Positions 29,606 to 40,225 of a stretch of 64,000 bases of DNA are shown here, in pieces. Numbering within the stretch: the first letter of the stretch is position 1; each line of letters begins with the position of its first letter. The position numbers and the translations under genes were made by a program. Below the pieces are notes generated by a model, which searched no databases, was not told the DNA's origin, and saw only the letters and a list, made by a program, of their open reading frames with translations. Source of the DNA: an uncultured Prochlorococcus sp. (lineage in GTDB: Bacteria; Cyanobacteriota; Cyanobacteriia; PCC-6307; Cyanobiaceae); the NCBI GenBank assembly GCA_902564235.1, contig CACFAG010000001.1:127284-191283 (forward strand), in the 5' to 3' direction.

Positions 29606-31225
29606 ATGAATTTTAATTTGAAGCTCGAAAAATTAAATAAAAAAAATTACCAAAGAAAACACTATGGAAAAATACTAACTGTAAGATTGCCATGTAATCC
29701 AATATTTCCAATAGGACCTATTTATTTAGCAGACCATATTCATAAATGTTTTCCAAGTATAGAGCAGCAATTCATCGATCTAGCAATAATTCCATCTAAT
29801 AAAGTATCCAAATATCTAACTAGAAAAATTGATCAATTTAGACCACACCTAATCATTTTTTCTTGGAGAGATATACAAATCTATGCACCTGTTGATGGTA
29901 GAAGTGGAAATCCCTTACAAAACTCTTTTGAAGTTTTCTACTCAAAAAACATCCTTAAAAAAATTAGAGGTTCCTGGGGAGGATTAAAATTAATTGCATC
30001 TCATTATGGAGAAATATATAGAAATACCTCTTTAGTCAAAATGGGGCTAAAAAGAGCACAAAAATACAACAAAAATATAAAAATAATTTTAGGAGGTGGA
30101 GCTGTTAGTGTCTTCTACGAACAATTGGGAAATCTACTCCCAATAGGAACTGTTATTTCAGTTGGAGAGGGAGAAAATCTCATAGAAAAAATCATTAGAG
30201 GAGATTCAATAGAGGAAGAAAGATGTTACATTGCTGGACAAAAACCTCGCAACAAATTAATACATGAACAACCTTCAGGAACTATTAAAACTGCCTGCAA
30301 CTATAAATATATTAAATCAATATGGCCTGAATTCGACTGGTATATAGAAGGTGGCGATTATTACGTAGGTGTACAAACAAAAAGAGGTTGCCCACACAAT
30401 TGTTGTTTCTGTATTTACACAGTTGTGGAGGGGAAGCAAGTTCGAGTTAATCCTGTTAAGGAAGTAATCAAAGAAATGAAGCAATTATATGATCTTGGTG
30501 TAAGAGGATTTTGGTTTACAGATGCACAGTTTATTCCAGCCAAAAAACATATTGAAGATGCAAAAACACTTCTGCGAGCAATTAAGGACCAAGGCTGGGA
30601 TGATATAAATTGGGCTGCATACATCAGAGCAGATAATATTGATGCAGAACTAGCTCAGCTTATGGTTGATACAGGTATGAGCTATTTTGAAATAGGTATC
30701 ACCTCGGGATCTCAAGAACTTGTTAGAAAAATGAGATTAGCGTATGACCTTGAAACTGTTTTAAATAATTGCAGAATGCTAGTCAAATCAGGTTTCAAGA
30801 ATCATGTTTCAGTCAATTATTCATTTAATGTTTTTGATGAAACGCCCAGCACTATAAGTCAAACAATTGCTTACCATAGAGAATTAGAAAATATTTTTGG
30901 TAAAGGCTTAGTTGATCCAGCTATATTCTTTATAGGTTTGCAACCTCACACTCTTCTTGAGAAGTACGCCTTGGAACGTAAAATTTTGAAGCCAAATTAT
31001 AATCCAATGAGCATGATGCCCTGGACAGCAAGAAAACTTCTTTGGAATCCAGGCTCACTAGGGGAAAAACTTGGTCAGGTTTGCTTAGAAGCTTTTGATA
31101 ATCCAGAAGACGAATTTGGCAAAACAGTTATCGACATTCTTGAGAGAGAATATGGAAAGTCCTCCTTAAAAGAATCCCTAAAAGTCCGTCCTTTATCAGA
31201 AAGGAAATTAGCTCATTCTAAATAA
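29606..31225 (+). CDS. B12-binding-type radical SAM protein (PSII high-light acclimation family)
   Basis: RLPCNPIFPIGPIYLADH N-terminus; KRGCPHNCCFC radical SAM motif. Confidence 0.85.
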   Translation: MNFNLKLEKLNKKNYQRKHYGKILTVRLPCNPIFPIGPIYLADHIHKCFPSIEQQFIDLAIIPSNKVSKYLTRKIDQFRPHLIIFSWRDIQIYAPVDGRSGNPLQNSFEVFYSKNILKKIRGSWGGLKLIASHYGEIYRNTSLVKMGLKRAQKYNKNIKIILGGGAVSVFYEQLGNLLPIGTVISVGEGENLIEKIIRGDSIEEERCYIAGQKPRNKLIHEQPSGTIKTACNYKYIKSIWPEFDWYIEGGDYYVGVQTKRGCPHNCCFCIYTVVEGKQVRVNPVKEVIKEMKQLYDLGVRGFWFTDAQFIPAKKHIEDAKTLLRAIKDQGWDDINWAAYIRADNIDAELAQLMVDTGMSYFEIGITSGSQELVRKMRLAYDLETVLNNCRMLVKSGFKNHVSVNYSFNVFDETPSTISQTIAYHRELENIFGKGLVDPAIFFIGLQPHTLLEKYALERKILKPNYNPMSMMPWTARKLLWNPGSLGEKLGQVCLEAFDNPEDEFGKTVIDILEREYGKSSLKESLKVRPLSERKLAHSK

Positions 31226-31240
31226 TAAATGCAATCGTTA

Positions 31241-31558
31241 TTAATCCTCTTTCTCGATTGAACTAGAAATTCCTTTAGATTTTAATGATTCTGAGTAAAA
31301 TTCTGCAGGCTCTAAATCACAAACAATTACCAACCCAACACCAGTATTGTGTGCCTCTAACATTATGGCTATAGCATCTTGTTCGCTCAATTGCGGTACA
31401 ACTTCTCTCAATACAATAGTGACATACTCCATAGAATTAACTGGGTCATTATGAAGTAAAACCTTATATTTTGGAGATTTATTTTTTAATTCAGCAGGTT
31501 TCTTTTCAATCACTGCTGAATTATTATTTACACCTTGTTCTAACTTTATAAATAGCAT
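31241..31558 (-). CDS. clpS: Clp protease adaptor ClpS
   Basis: YKVLLHNDPVNSMEYV, MLEAHNTGVG. Confidence 0.94.
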   Translation of the reverse strand: MLFIKLEQGVNNNSAVIEKKPAELKNKSPKYKVLLHNDPVNSMEYVTIVLREVVPQLSEQDAIAIMLEAHNTGVGLVIVCDLEPAEFYSESLKSKGISSSIEKED

Positions 31559-31590
31559 TAAATTTATTAGAGTTTAAATTGTACTAATAA

Positions 31591-32817
31591 TTATATATTA
31601 ATTATTCTTTCCATTGCATCAAGGACGTTTGATCGTGAGTTAAATGCTGACAAGCGAAAATAACCCTCTCCTGCTAATCCAAATCCGCTCCCAGGGGTGC
31701 CCACGACACTAACTTTTTGGAGAAGGAAATCAAAAAAGTCCCAAGATGTCATTTGATCAGGAACTTTGATCCAGATATAAGGAGCATTGTCACCACCATA
31801 AACTTTATATCCTGAATTCTGAAGTTTATTTTTCATTATTTTTGCATTTTCCATATAAAAATCAATTAAACCTCTCACCTGTTTCTTCCCTTCAAGAGAA
31901 TAAACAGCCTCTGCTCCTTTCTGAACCACATAACTTACTCCATTGAACTTAGTAGATTGTCGTCTATTCCAAAGAGGCCATAACTCTATTTCCTCATTTA
32001 TTGAGCTCAAACCTTTAAGATTTTTAGGTATGACTGTAAAAGCACATCTAACTCCAGTGAATCCTGCATTCTTTGAAAAAGATCTAAATTCAATAGCACA
32101 ATCCTTTGCTCCCTCAATCTCATATATTGAATGTGGAATATCATTATCTTGAATAAATGCTTCATAAGCTGCATCAAAAAGTATTAGGGATTTGTTTTTA
32201 AGAGCATAGTCAACCCACCTTTTCAATTCTGCTTTATTAATCGTTGCTCCAGTCGGATTATTAGGAAAACAAAGATATAAAATATCAACTTTTTTTTCAG
32301 GGAGTTCTGGCAGAAAGTTATTCCCCTCATTTATTGCAAGATATGTCAATCCTTGATATGTTCCATTTTCAAGTGAATCACCAGTTCTTCCTGTCATAAC
32401 GTTACTATCCACATATACAGGGTAAACAGGATCTGTTACAGCAATTGAATTATCTTTGCCAAGAATATCTAAAATATTGCTACTATCGCATTTTGAACCA
32501 TCAGAAACAAAAATTTCTTCAGGTGAAATTTGGCAGCCTCTCGAAATAAAATCATTCTCAGATATTTTTTCTCTCAGCCAAGAATAACCTTGTTCTGGTC
32601 CATAACCTCTGAAACCATCTGTTGTTCCCATTTCATCTAAAGCTTTACCCATAGCCTCTATGCATGCTCTAGGTAATGGCTCTGTAACATCTCCTATACC
32701 AAGCTTAATAATTTCAGCACTCTTATTTGATTGAGAATAAATTTTTACCCTTTTAGCAATTTCAGGGAATAAATAGCCTGCTTTGAGTTTTAAATAATTT
32801 TCGTTTACTTGAACCAC
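31591..32817 (-). CDS. dapL: LL-diaminopimelate aminotransferase
   Basis: [36 protein letters not shown]; GTG at 32817 taken as start. Confidence 0.95.
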   Translation of the reverse strand: MVQVNENYLKLKAGYLFPEIAKRVKIYSQSNKSAEIIKLGIGDVTEPLPRACIEAMGKALDEMGTTDGFRGYGPEQGYSWLREKISENDFISRGCQISPEEIFVSDGSKCDSSNILDILGKDNSIAVTDPVYPVYVDSNVMTGRTGDSLENGTYQGLTYLAINEGNNFLPELPEKKVDILYLCFPNNPTGATINKAELKRWVDYALKNKSLILFDAAYEAFIQDNDIPHSIYEIEGAKDCAIEFRSFSKNAGFTGVRCAFTVIPKNLKGLSSINEEIELWPLWNRRQSTKFNGVSYVVQKGAEAVYSLEGKKQVRGLIDFYMENAKIMKNKLQNSGYKVYGGDNAPYIWIKVPDQMTSWDFFDFLLQKVSVVGTPGSGFGLAGEGYFRLSAFNSRSNVLDAMERIINI

Positions 32818-32878
32818 TTTAGATAAAAATTTAACCAATATAAGAATAATAGATCAACGTGCTTTAGTGGTGGTTAGG

Positions 32879-33110
32879 TGTTAAAATTAGTTCAGTTATG
32901 GTTGAATAAATAGAAAATCATGGCTACGAATTCAATTTCAAATAATTTGAAAGTCGTCTAAAGCTTTATACTTAGCAGAATTTAATTGCTATTAATTTTA
33001 ATTTAAAAAAGTAAATAATAATAGCAAAACAATTGCTTTCTTAAAAGATAAAAAATTTAACTCTCTAGTTTAGATGATTTTCAAAATTCAAACCATTTAT
33101 AATAAAATAT
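32879..33110 (+). promoter_or_regulatory. rne promoter (extended -10) and long structured 5' UTR
   Basis: TGTTAAAAT at 32879-87; long-range pairings 32898-907/33086-96 and 32913-21/33074-82; inner hairpins. Confidence 0.6.
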
Positions 33111-34934
33111 ATGTCTCAGCAAATTATCATCGCTGAGCAGGCTCGAATTGCAGCACTACTCACAGATGATCGAGTTGATGAATTAATCGTCGCACAAGGT
33201 CAATATCAAATTGGCGATATTTTTTTTGGAACTGTTGAAAATGTTCTCCCTGGTATTGATGCTGCTTTCATAAATATTGGTGAAAGTGATAAAAATGGAT
33301 TTATCCATGTATCAGATCTTGGACCATTAAGACTTAAAAAAGGAATTTTAGGAATAACTGAATTACTAGAACCAAAACAAAAAGTTCTAGTACAGATAAT
33401 AAAGGAACCCACGGGATCTAAAGGGCCTAGACTTACTGGTAGTATTTCAATACCGGGGAAGTACTTAATATTACAACCACATGGTCAAGGAGTAAATATT
33501 TCCAGAAAAATAAATACAGAGACAGAAAGAAGCCGTCTAAAAGCTCTTGGGGTTTTAATAAAACCACCTAGTACAGGTTTATTATTTAGAACAGAAGCTG
33601 AAAAGATAAAAGAAGAACTACTTATTGAAGATTTAGAAAATTTAATTCAACAATGGGAAAATATTTTAAAAATTTATGAGACTTCTAATCCACCAAATCT
33701 AATAAAAAGAGATGATGATTTCTCTCTTAAGATTTTGAGAGATCATATTAAATCATCAACCAAAAGTATCATAATCGATAGTAAATTTTCTGTTGAAAAG
33801 GCAAAAGATTTTTTAAAAAACTATGAATCTAGTCTAGATCTTGAGTTTCACGATAACAATTTAAACCAACATATTTTAGAAAAATACGAGATAAAGAAAA
33901 CAATTCAAAAAGCTCTTCAACCGAGAGTAGATCTTCCTTCAGGAGGTTATATCATTATTGAACCAACTGAAGCTTTAACTGTAATTGATGTAAACTCTGG
34001 TTCATTTACAAGATCAGCAAACTCAAGACAAACTGTTTTATGGACAAATTGCGAAGCAGCAGTTGAAATCTCAAAGCAAATGAAATTAAGAAATATAGGT
34101 GGAGTGATAGTTGTAGATTTTATTGATATGGAATCTAGAAGGGATCAATTCCAGTTACTAGAGCATTTTACTTCAGCGATAAAAGATGATTCTGCTAGGC
34201 CTCAGATAGCTCAGCTTACTGAATTAGGTTTAGTTGAATTAACGAGAAAAAGACAAGGTCAAAATATATATGAATTATTCGGTAAAAAATGTCCTACGTG
34301 CAATGGTATAGGCCATATAGAAAATCAATTAAATTATGAAATTTCTAATTATCAAATTAAAGATGTGCAAGAGAAACCTTATAAATCAAATAGTCCAAAA
34401 ACTTTAGAAATAGATACTTCTCAATCAACTCATAATGAGGAAAAAATCATTGAAAAGGAATTTCTTAAAGCCAAGAACCTTAATAAAGATGATTCTTCTC
34501 ATCAAACAGAAAGTGATGACTCTGATCTGAATACGTTAAATTCAAAAGAAAAAAATCTAATCACTGTTGATCTTACCAATGATGAAAAAATCGTTTTCAG
34601 TCAATTAGGTATTAATCCATTAATTAAATTAGGTAAAGAATATCTCACTAGCAATAATTTTGTTCGTTTAAAAGAAAATAGTAATGAGAAAGAAAAAACT
34701 TTAATTTATAATAAAACCAACGAAAATCAAGTTAAAAAAATCTCAAAATCTAAAGAAGTAAAAGAGATTGAGATTAATGTAGAAAAAAATGCAAATTCCA
34801 AAAATAAATCCCCCAAAAAAACTAATGAAAATGAAGAAGTTATATTTTTAGATAAGAAGGATGAAATTGAACATACAGAGGAAATAAACAATGCAAGAAA
34901 AAAAAGAAGAAGATCTTCAGCAAGTATTGAGTAA
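33111..34934 (+). CDS. rne: Ribonuclease E
   Basis: S1 domain, [16 protein letters not shown], Zn-link CPTC, C-terminal RKKRRRSSA. Confidence 0.97.
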   Translation: MSQQIIIAEQARIAALLTDDRVDELIVAQGQYQIGDIFFGTVENVLPGIDAAFINIGESDKNGFIHVSDLGPLRLKKGILGITELLEPKQKVLVQIIKEPTGSKGPRLTGSISIPGKYLILQPHGQGVNISRKINTETERSRLKALGVLIKPPSTGLLFRTEAEKIKEELLIEDLENLIQQWENILKIYETSNPPNLIKRDDDFSLKILRDHIKSSTKSIIIDSKFSVEKAKDFLKNYESSLDLEFHDNNLNQHILEKYEIKKTIQKALQPRVDLPSGGYIIIEPTEALTVIDVNSGSFTRSANSRQTVLWTNCEAAVEISKQMKLRNIGGVIVVDFIDMESRRDQFQLLEHFTSAIKDDSARPQIAQLTELGLVELTRKRQGQNIYELFGKKCPTCNGIGHIENQLNYEISNYQIKDVQEKPYKSNSPKTLEIDTSQSTHNEEKIIEKEFLKAKNLNKDDSSHQTESDDSDLNTLNSKEKNLITVDLTNDEKIVFSQLGINPLIKLGKEYLTSNNFVRLKENSNEKEKTLIYNKTNENQVKKISKSKEVKEIEINVEKNANSKNKSPKKTNENEEVIFLDKKDEIEHTEEINNARKKRRRSSASIE

Positions 34935-35547
34935 GAATTACGAAGTTGGGATAGATGAAGTTGGGAAGGGAGCTGTTTTTGGTCCTGTTTTCTCGGCGGT
35001 TGTTGTACTTACTGAAAAAAATAAATTTACCTTAAAAAAATTTGGAGTAACGGATAGCAAAAAATTAACTGCCAAAAAAAGAAAATTGCTTTTGCCCAAA
35101 ATTTTATCACTTTCTTCAGATTATGGAATTGGGCAATCCTCAGCAAGAGAAATAGATAAGCTAGGCATCAGAGTTGCAACTGAGTTGTCAATGATAAGAG
35201 CTTTAAAGAAATTAAAAGAGAGACCATCTGAACTAATAATCGATGGTCCCTTATTATTAAGGCCATGGAAAGGAATTCAAAAAAATATAGTATCAGGAGA
35301 CTCGAAATTTACTGCGATAGCATCGGCAAGCATACTCGCAAAAGTATCTCGCGACAATCTTATGGAAAGGTTAGAAAAAAAGTACTCAGGATATTTTATA
35401 TTTAAAAATAAAGGTTATGGTACCAGAGAGCATCTATCATTTATTAAAGAGAAAGGAATAACTAATCTGCATAGAAAAAATTTTTTAAAAAATCAAATGT
35501 CATTTAATTCACACCAATCTAAAAAATCTTTAACTAATTGCATTTGA
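34891..35547 (+). CDS. rnhB: Ribonuclease HII (C-terminus possibly frameshift-extended)
   Basis: [41 protein letters not shown]. Confidence 0.94.
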   Translation: MQEKKEEDLQQVLSKNYEVGIDEVGKGAVFGPVFSAVVVLTEKNKFTLKKFGVTDSKKLTAKKRKLLLPKILSLSSDYGIGQSSAREIDKLGIRVATELSMIRALKKLKERPSELIIDGPLLLRPWKGIQKNIVSGDSKFTAIASASILAKVSRDNLMERLEKKYSGYFIFKNKGYGTREHLSFIKEKGITNLHRKNFLKNQMSFNSHQSKKSLTNCI

Positions 35548-36011
35548 ACTCTTGACTTTATCCCTAACAAAATTCCATTTAATACCGAATGGCCAGTAGA
35601 TTCTAGAATTTTCTTAGGTACTAGCTTTAATATGGGGGGTTGACTAACAGATACCCCTAAAACTGCCTCTCCTTCCAATCCGATATCAGTTGCTTCTAAA
35701 TTCGCTTTTAAAATAAGATTAAAGTCATCGACTATCCCCAAACCATCCAATTTACTATCAAGGGCGCTCATTCTTAAAATTCCGTCTTTGTTATCTACCG
35801 CAATTGAAACAACAGGGTTAATATCTAATTGAAAAACCTTTAAACTTGTTACTGTATACTTATACTTACCTTTCCCTTCAGGTACTAATTTCTTGGAGTC
35901 CAGCATTGCTCCAACAACTCTTTCTTCTTCCAAAAGATATTTAGAAAGATATTCTTTATTTCTTGTTACAGAAAGCTTAAGTTTCTGTTTAGCATCAAAA
36001 GATAATAACAT
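35493..36011 (-). CDS. DUF1997 family protein
   Basis: 172-aa ORF ending [21 protein letters not shown], typical of this cyanobacterial/plastid family. Confidence 0.75.
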   Translation of the reverse strand: MLLSFDAKQKLKLSVTRNKEYLSKYLLEEERVVGAMLDSKKLVPEGKGKYKYTVTSLKVFQLDINPVVSIAVDNKDGILRMSALDSKLDGLGIVDDFNLILKANLEATDIGLEGEAVLGVSVSQPPILKLVPKKILESTGHSVLNGILLGIKSRVQMQLVKDFLDWCELNDI

Positions 36012-36063
36012 TTTCTATATCCCTCCAATGCTTATTTGATCTCTTTTTTTCTTACGATTAATC

Positions 36064-36909
36064 ATGAGTAAACAAGTTGCATATTTAGGTCCTAAAGGGA
36101 CATACGCAGAAAAAGCAGCTCATTTACTTTCAAAGCTCGCAGATTTTCAGACACCTATATTTGTACCATGTAATGGGTTGCATTCGGTAATTAAGTCTAT
36201 AGCGTACAACAATTGTGATGCTGCTGTAGTTCCTATTGAAAATTCCGTAGAAGGGGGAGTTACAGCCACTTTGGATGCTCTTTGGAAATTTCCTGACATT
36301 TTTATCAATAATGCAATTGTTTTACCAATAAAACATGCATTAATTAGTGATGGAGAACTTTCAATGATTTCGGAAGTATTATCTCATCCTCAAGCTTTAG
36401 CTCAATGTTCAGAATGGTTATCCGAAAATCTTCCAAATGCCATCCCTCTTCCAACAAATTCAACTTCAGAAGCTGTCAATATGGTAAAAGGAAGCAAATT
36501 TAGAGCAGCTATAGGTTCAAAATCATTAATTCAAATTGAAGGACTAAAAGAATTAGCCTTTCCAATTAATGATGTCCCAGGTAATTGCACTAGATTTGTT
36601 TTACTGAGCAAAGAATTAAATTCTAATTCAGCTAATATTGCTAGTTTTGCTTTCTCATTAATCTCAAATAAACCTGGTGCTTTACTTAAGGCTATAAATT
36701 ATATTGCAGATTTTGGATTTAATATGAGCAAGATAGAGTCTAGGCCTTCAAAAAGAGAGTTAGGCGAATACATTATATATATTGACTTAGAAATAAATAA
36801 TCAAGAAAATATTGAAGATTTTCTTAAATTAAAAAATAATATAAAACCCCTATGCCAGAACTTTGTAGATTTTGGAAGTTATTTTTCTAAAAATGTTGAA
36901 TTAGATTAA
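36064..36909 (+). CDS. pheA: Prephenate dehydratase
   Basis: AYLGPKGTY, VPIENSVEG, SHPQALAQC, NCTRF, ACT domain KIESRP. Confidence 0.96.
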   Translation: MSKQVAYLGPKGTYAEKAAHLLSKLADFQTPIFVPCNGLHSVIKSIAYNNCDAAVVPIENSVEGGVTATLDALWKFPDIFINNAIVLPIKHALISDGELSMISEVLSHPQALAQCSEWLSENLPNAIPLPTNSTSEAVNMVKGSKFRAAIGSKSLIQIEGLKELAFPINDVPGNCTRFVLLSKELNSNSANIASFAFSLISNKPGALLKAINYIADFGFNMSKIESRPSKRELGEYIIYIDLEINNQENIEDFLKLKNNIKPLCQNFVDFGSYFSKNVELD

Positions 36910-36910
36910 T

Positions 36911-37846
36911 TTACCCTCTACATTTATAAACACCGAACTCCATTAAACCTTTTCTAAATGCCCAATTCATGAGAAGTATTGTTGGGATCTCTCTTATAGA
37001 CTTAACAACTGCTATTGGGCCTAGGGACAAAATTGTTAAAGGTCTTCTAATACCTTCGATAATAGAATCGTACCATGACGGATTTGTGTAAGAATTCCAA
37101 TTTTCAGTTATAACTCTGCCCGCACTGTTTTTATTTGTTCTTAGGATACTTGCGAATTCATTAATGCTAATAAAATTAGGATGTACCCACTGTTCAAGTA
37201 ATTGTCTAAGAACCAACCTCTCAAAAAAAGACGGGGGATATGCCTCTAAATCTCTTGAATTCCAATCTGCCAATGCAAAATAGCCTCCAGGTCTCAATGT
37301 TCTAAGCATTTCATCTGCAAACTTCTTTTTGTCATTCATGTGTGCACCTGCCTCAACACTCCAAACAGCATCAAATGATCCATCTTCGAACTTTAAATCC
37401 AATGCATCCATAACCTGGAAGTTACAATTTAATCCGGAAGGAGTAAGTTCTCTCGCTCTTTTTACTTGAGCAGGACTAATTGTAATTCCAGTAACATTAA
37501 ATCCATAATATTTAGCAAGAATTCTTGAACTTCCTCCTATTCCGCAGCCTACATCTAGTATTCTTGAACCTTTTGGTAACTTATCTAAACCACTCCACGT
37601 GACTAACTCATGGACAAACTGAACTTTAGCCTTTCTAAAATTAATATTTTTTTTCTCTAAGGGATAAAATCCCAAATGTATGTGATCTCCCCATAACCTT
37701 TCAAGTAATTTATCTTGGGTCCAAGCATCATATGCAGATGCCACTGTACCAGAAGAAATATATTTTCTAGCGCTAATTCTCCAAATGTTAAATAGTGCTA
37801 AAAGAAATAAAACCAGCAAAAAAAAAGGTAATAGTATTTCAAACAT
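36911..37846 (-). CDS. SAM-dependent methyltransferase, MPBQ/MSBQ (tocopherol-MT-like) family
   Basis: LWGDHIHLGFY, ILDVGCGIGGS, WSVEAGAH; N-terminal membrane anchor. Confidence 0.82.
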   Translation of the reverse strand: MFEILLPFFLLVLFLLALFNIWRISARKYISSGTVASAYDAWTQDKLLERLWGDHIHLGFYPLEKKNINFRKAKVQFVHELVTWSGLDKLPKGSRILDVGCGIGGSSRILAKYYGFNVTGITISPAQVKRARELTPSGLNCNFQVMDALDLKFEDGSFDAVWSVEAGAHMNDKKKFADEMLRTLRPGGYFALADWNSRDLEAYPPSFFERLVLRQLLEQWVHPNFISINEFASILRTNKNSAGRVITENWNSYTNPSWYDSIIEGIRRPLTILSLGPIAVVKSIREIPTILLMNWAFRKGLMEFGVYKCRG

Positions 37847-38503
37847 TTAATTTTCTTTGATATCGGGAAAACTTTCTTTCAAAGCCGTTCTTGCTGCAAG
37901 TTGTTTTCTTGTATGATCTAGCATTTCATATTCTCTTTGTAAACGAGTAAAAGTATTTCTTTCTTCAAGAAGTTTTTGCTGTTCATTTGCAACTGGACCA
38001 CCCAAATGAGCTCCTATCCAAAATGATAATTCCATAGGATTATCAGGAAGTTTATCGGGGAAATTTTTTTTAGTATTAGTCAATTTACTTGTCAGGTTAA
38101 TTACATCACTAAGTGCTTCTGTTACTGAATCTTTTAGAGAATTTAAGTTTTGAAAATTATCAACATTATCATCACTAATCCAACTTACCATTGCTGAAAA
38201 ATATGGTGTTGAACGGATGATTTCTAAGACTTGAAATCTTTGTTGTCCGATCGTAATAATGTTACTTCTCCCATCATCTGCAGTTTGATGTTTTATTATT
38301 TGTGCGCAACATCCGACATTAGCCATTCTCTTAGTTGTTGGATCCAACTTAATGATTCCAAACATAGAATCTGACTCTAGGACAGATTTAAGCATAATTT
38401 TGTACCTCGATTCAAAAATATGCAAAGGTAATACTTCTTGAGGGAAAAGCACAACCTCTGGCAAAGGAAATAAAGGTAATTCCCTTACAGAGAGCTCTCC
38501 CAT
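37847..38503 (-). CDS. Lon protease N-terminal substrate-binding domain protein
   Basis: LPLFPLPEVVLFP...LHIFESRY; no AAA or protease domain. Confidence 0.9.
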   Translation of the reverse strand: MGELSVRELPLFPLPEVVLFPQEVLPLHIFESRYKIMLKSVLESDSMFGIIKLDPTTKRMANVGCCAQIIKHQTADDGRSNIITIGQQRFQVLEIIRSTPYFSAMVSWISDDNVDNFQNLNSLKDSVTEALSDVINLTSKLTNTKKNFPDKLPDNPMELSFWIGAHLGGPVANEQQKLLEERNTFTRLQREYEMLDHTRKQLAARTALKESFPDIKEN

Positions 38504-38558
38504 TTAAACCTCATTTAATATTTTTTATATTAATCTATTTAAGTCGTTTTCGGGAAAC

Positions 38559-38879
38559 CTAAAGTTTAACTTCAATATCTACACCACTAGGAAGATCTAA
38601 CTTCATTAAAGCATCAATAGTTTTTGCGGAAGGGCTATAAATATCGATTATTCGTCTATGAGTTCTAGTTTCAAAATGCTCTCTTGAATCTTTATCAACA
38701 TGTGGTGACCTTAGGACACAATAAATTTTTCTTTTTGTTGGCAGTGGTATTGGACCTATTGCTGAAGCAGAGGTGGTATCAGCAGTTTGAATAATTTTAT
38801 CGCAAGACAAATCAAGCATTCTTCTATCAAATGCTTTTAATCTTATTCTTATTTTTTGTTGCGCAATTGATGTGGTCAT
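38559..38879 (-). CDS. rpsJ: 30S ribosomal protein S10
   Basis: [32 protein letters not shown]; ATG at 38879 (the track's upstream ATG lies in a hairpin). Confidence 0.97.
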   Translation of the reverse strand: MTTSIAQQKIRIRLKAFDRRMLDLSCDKIIQTADTTSASAIGPIPLPTKRKIYCVLRSPHVDKDSREHFETRTHRRIIDIYSPSAKTIDALMKLDLPSGVDIEVKL

Positions 38880-38902
38880 AATTTCAAATTTCTTTGTAGG
38901 TT

Positions 38903-38925
38903 GGGCCATTGATTTCCAATGGCCC
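38903..38925 (-). promoter_or_regulatory. GC-rich hairpin between tufA and rpsJ
   Basis: GGGCCATTG-N5-CAATGGCCC perfect 9-bp stem; no U-tract follows on the minus strand. Confidence 0.65.
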
Positions 38926-38979
38926 TAATCCATTATCTTATCTTAAGTGATTGAGGTAGAAATCTTAAAATTTAATATA

Positions 38980-40179
38980 TTATTTAAGAATTTTAGAAAC
39001 AACGCCAGCACCAATAGTACGTCCACCTTCACGGATTGCGAATCGCATACCTTGTTCAATAGCTACTGGACATATTAATTCTCCAGTCATCTTTATTCTG
39101 TCTCCTGGCATAACCATTTCAACGTTAGAGCCGTCATCAGAGGTAAATGCTGTGATTTGACCAGTCACATCAGTTGTTCTGATGTAAAACTGGGGTCTAT
39201 ATCCTGCGAAGAAAGGTGTATGTCTGCCACCCTCCTCTTTTTTTAGAACATAAACTTCCCCTTCAAATTGAGTATGCGGAGTAATGGATCCTTTCTTAAC
39301 AAGTACCATTCCTCTTTCAATATCTTCTTTTTGAACACCACGTAAAAGTAAACCTACGTTATCTCCAGCCATGCCTTCATCAAGAAGTTTTCGGAACATT
39401 TCAACTCCTGTAACAGTAGTTGTTCTTGTATCTCTTATTCCAACTATTTCGACTTCTTCTCCAACCGTAACTTTACCTCTCTCAATTCTTCCAGTAGCTA
39501 CAGTTCCTCTACCAGTAATTGAGAAAACATCTTCAACTGCCATCAAGAATGGTTTATCAACTTCTCTTTCTGGTTCTGGAATACTTGCATCAACTGCTTT
39601 CATTAATTCTTCAATTTTTGATTCCCAAGTGGAATCTCCCTCAAGAGCTTTTAATCCAGAAACTTGTACGATAGGAATATCATCTCCAGGGAAATCGTAG
39701 CTATCTAATAGTTCTCGAATTTCCATTTCAACAAGCTCAATAATTTCTTCATCATCGACCATATCGCATTTGTTAAGAGCTACTACAAGAGCAGGAACTC
39801 CAACCTGTTTAGCTAAAAGAATATGCTCTTTGGTTTGCGCCATAGGGCCGTCTGTAGCTGCACAAACTAAAATAGCTCCGTCCATTTGAGCGGCTCCTGT
39901 GATCATATTCTTTACATAATCAGCGTGTCCAGGGCAATCTACATGAGCGTAATGTCTGCCTTCAGTTTCATATTCGACATGAGCTGTATTGATTGTAATG
40001 CCGCGCTCTCTTTCCTCAGGAGCACCATCAATGTCTCCATAGTCTTGAGCTTGAGCTTGACCTTTTTTAGCTAATACGTTTGTAATAGCAGCAGTAAGTG
40101 TTGTTTTTCCATGATCAACATGGCCAATAGTGCCTATGTTGACATGTGGTTTGTTTCTTTCGAACTTCTCGCGAGCCAT
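38980..40179 (-). CDS. tufA: Elongation factor Tu
   Basis: [21 protein letters not shown]. Confidence 0.99.
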   Translation of the reverse strand: MAREKFERNKPHVNIGTIGHVDHGKTTLTAAITNVLAKKGQAQAQDYGDIDGAPEERERGITINTAHVEYETEGRHYAHVDCPGHADYVKNMITGAAQMDGAILVCAATDGPMAQTKEHILLAKQVGVPALVVALNKCDMVDDEEIIELVEMEIRELLDSYDFPGDDIPIVQVSGLKALEGDSTWESKIEELMKAVDASIPEPEREVDKPFLMAVEDVFSITGRGTVATGRIERGKVTVGEEVEIVGIRDTRTTTVTGVEMFRKLLDEGMAGDNVGLLLRGVQKEDIERGMVLVKKGSITPHTQFEGEVYVLKKEEGGRHTPFFAGYRPQFYIRTTDVTGQITAFTSDDGSNVEMVMPGDRIKMTGELICPVAIEQGMRFAIREGGRTIGAGVVSKILK

Positions 40180-40225
40180 TTTGAATTAAAGAATCGAGGG
40201 TTTAAGAGTTTTTTTTGTTTAGAGA

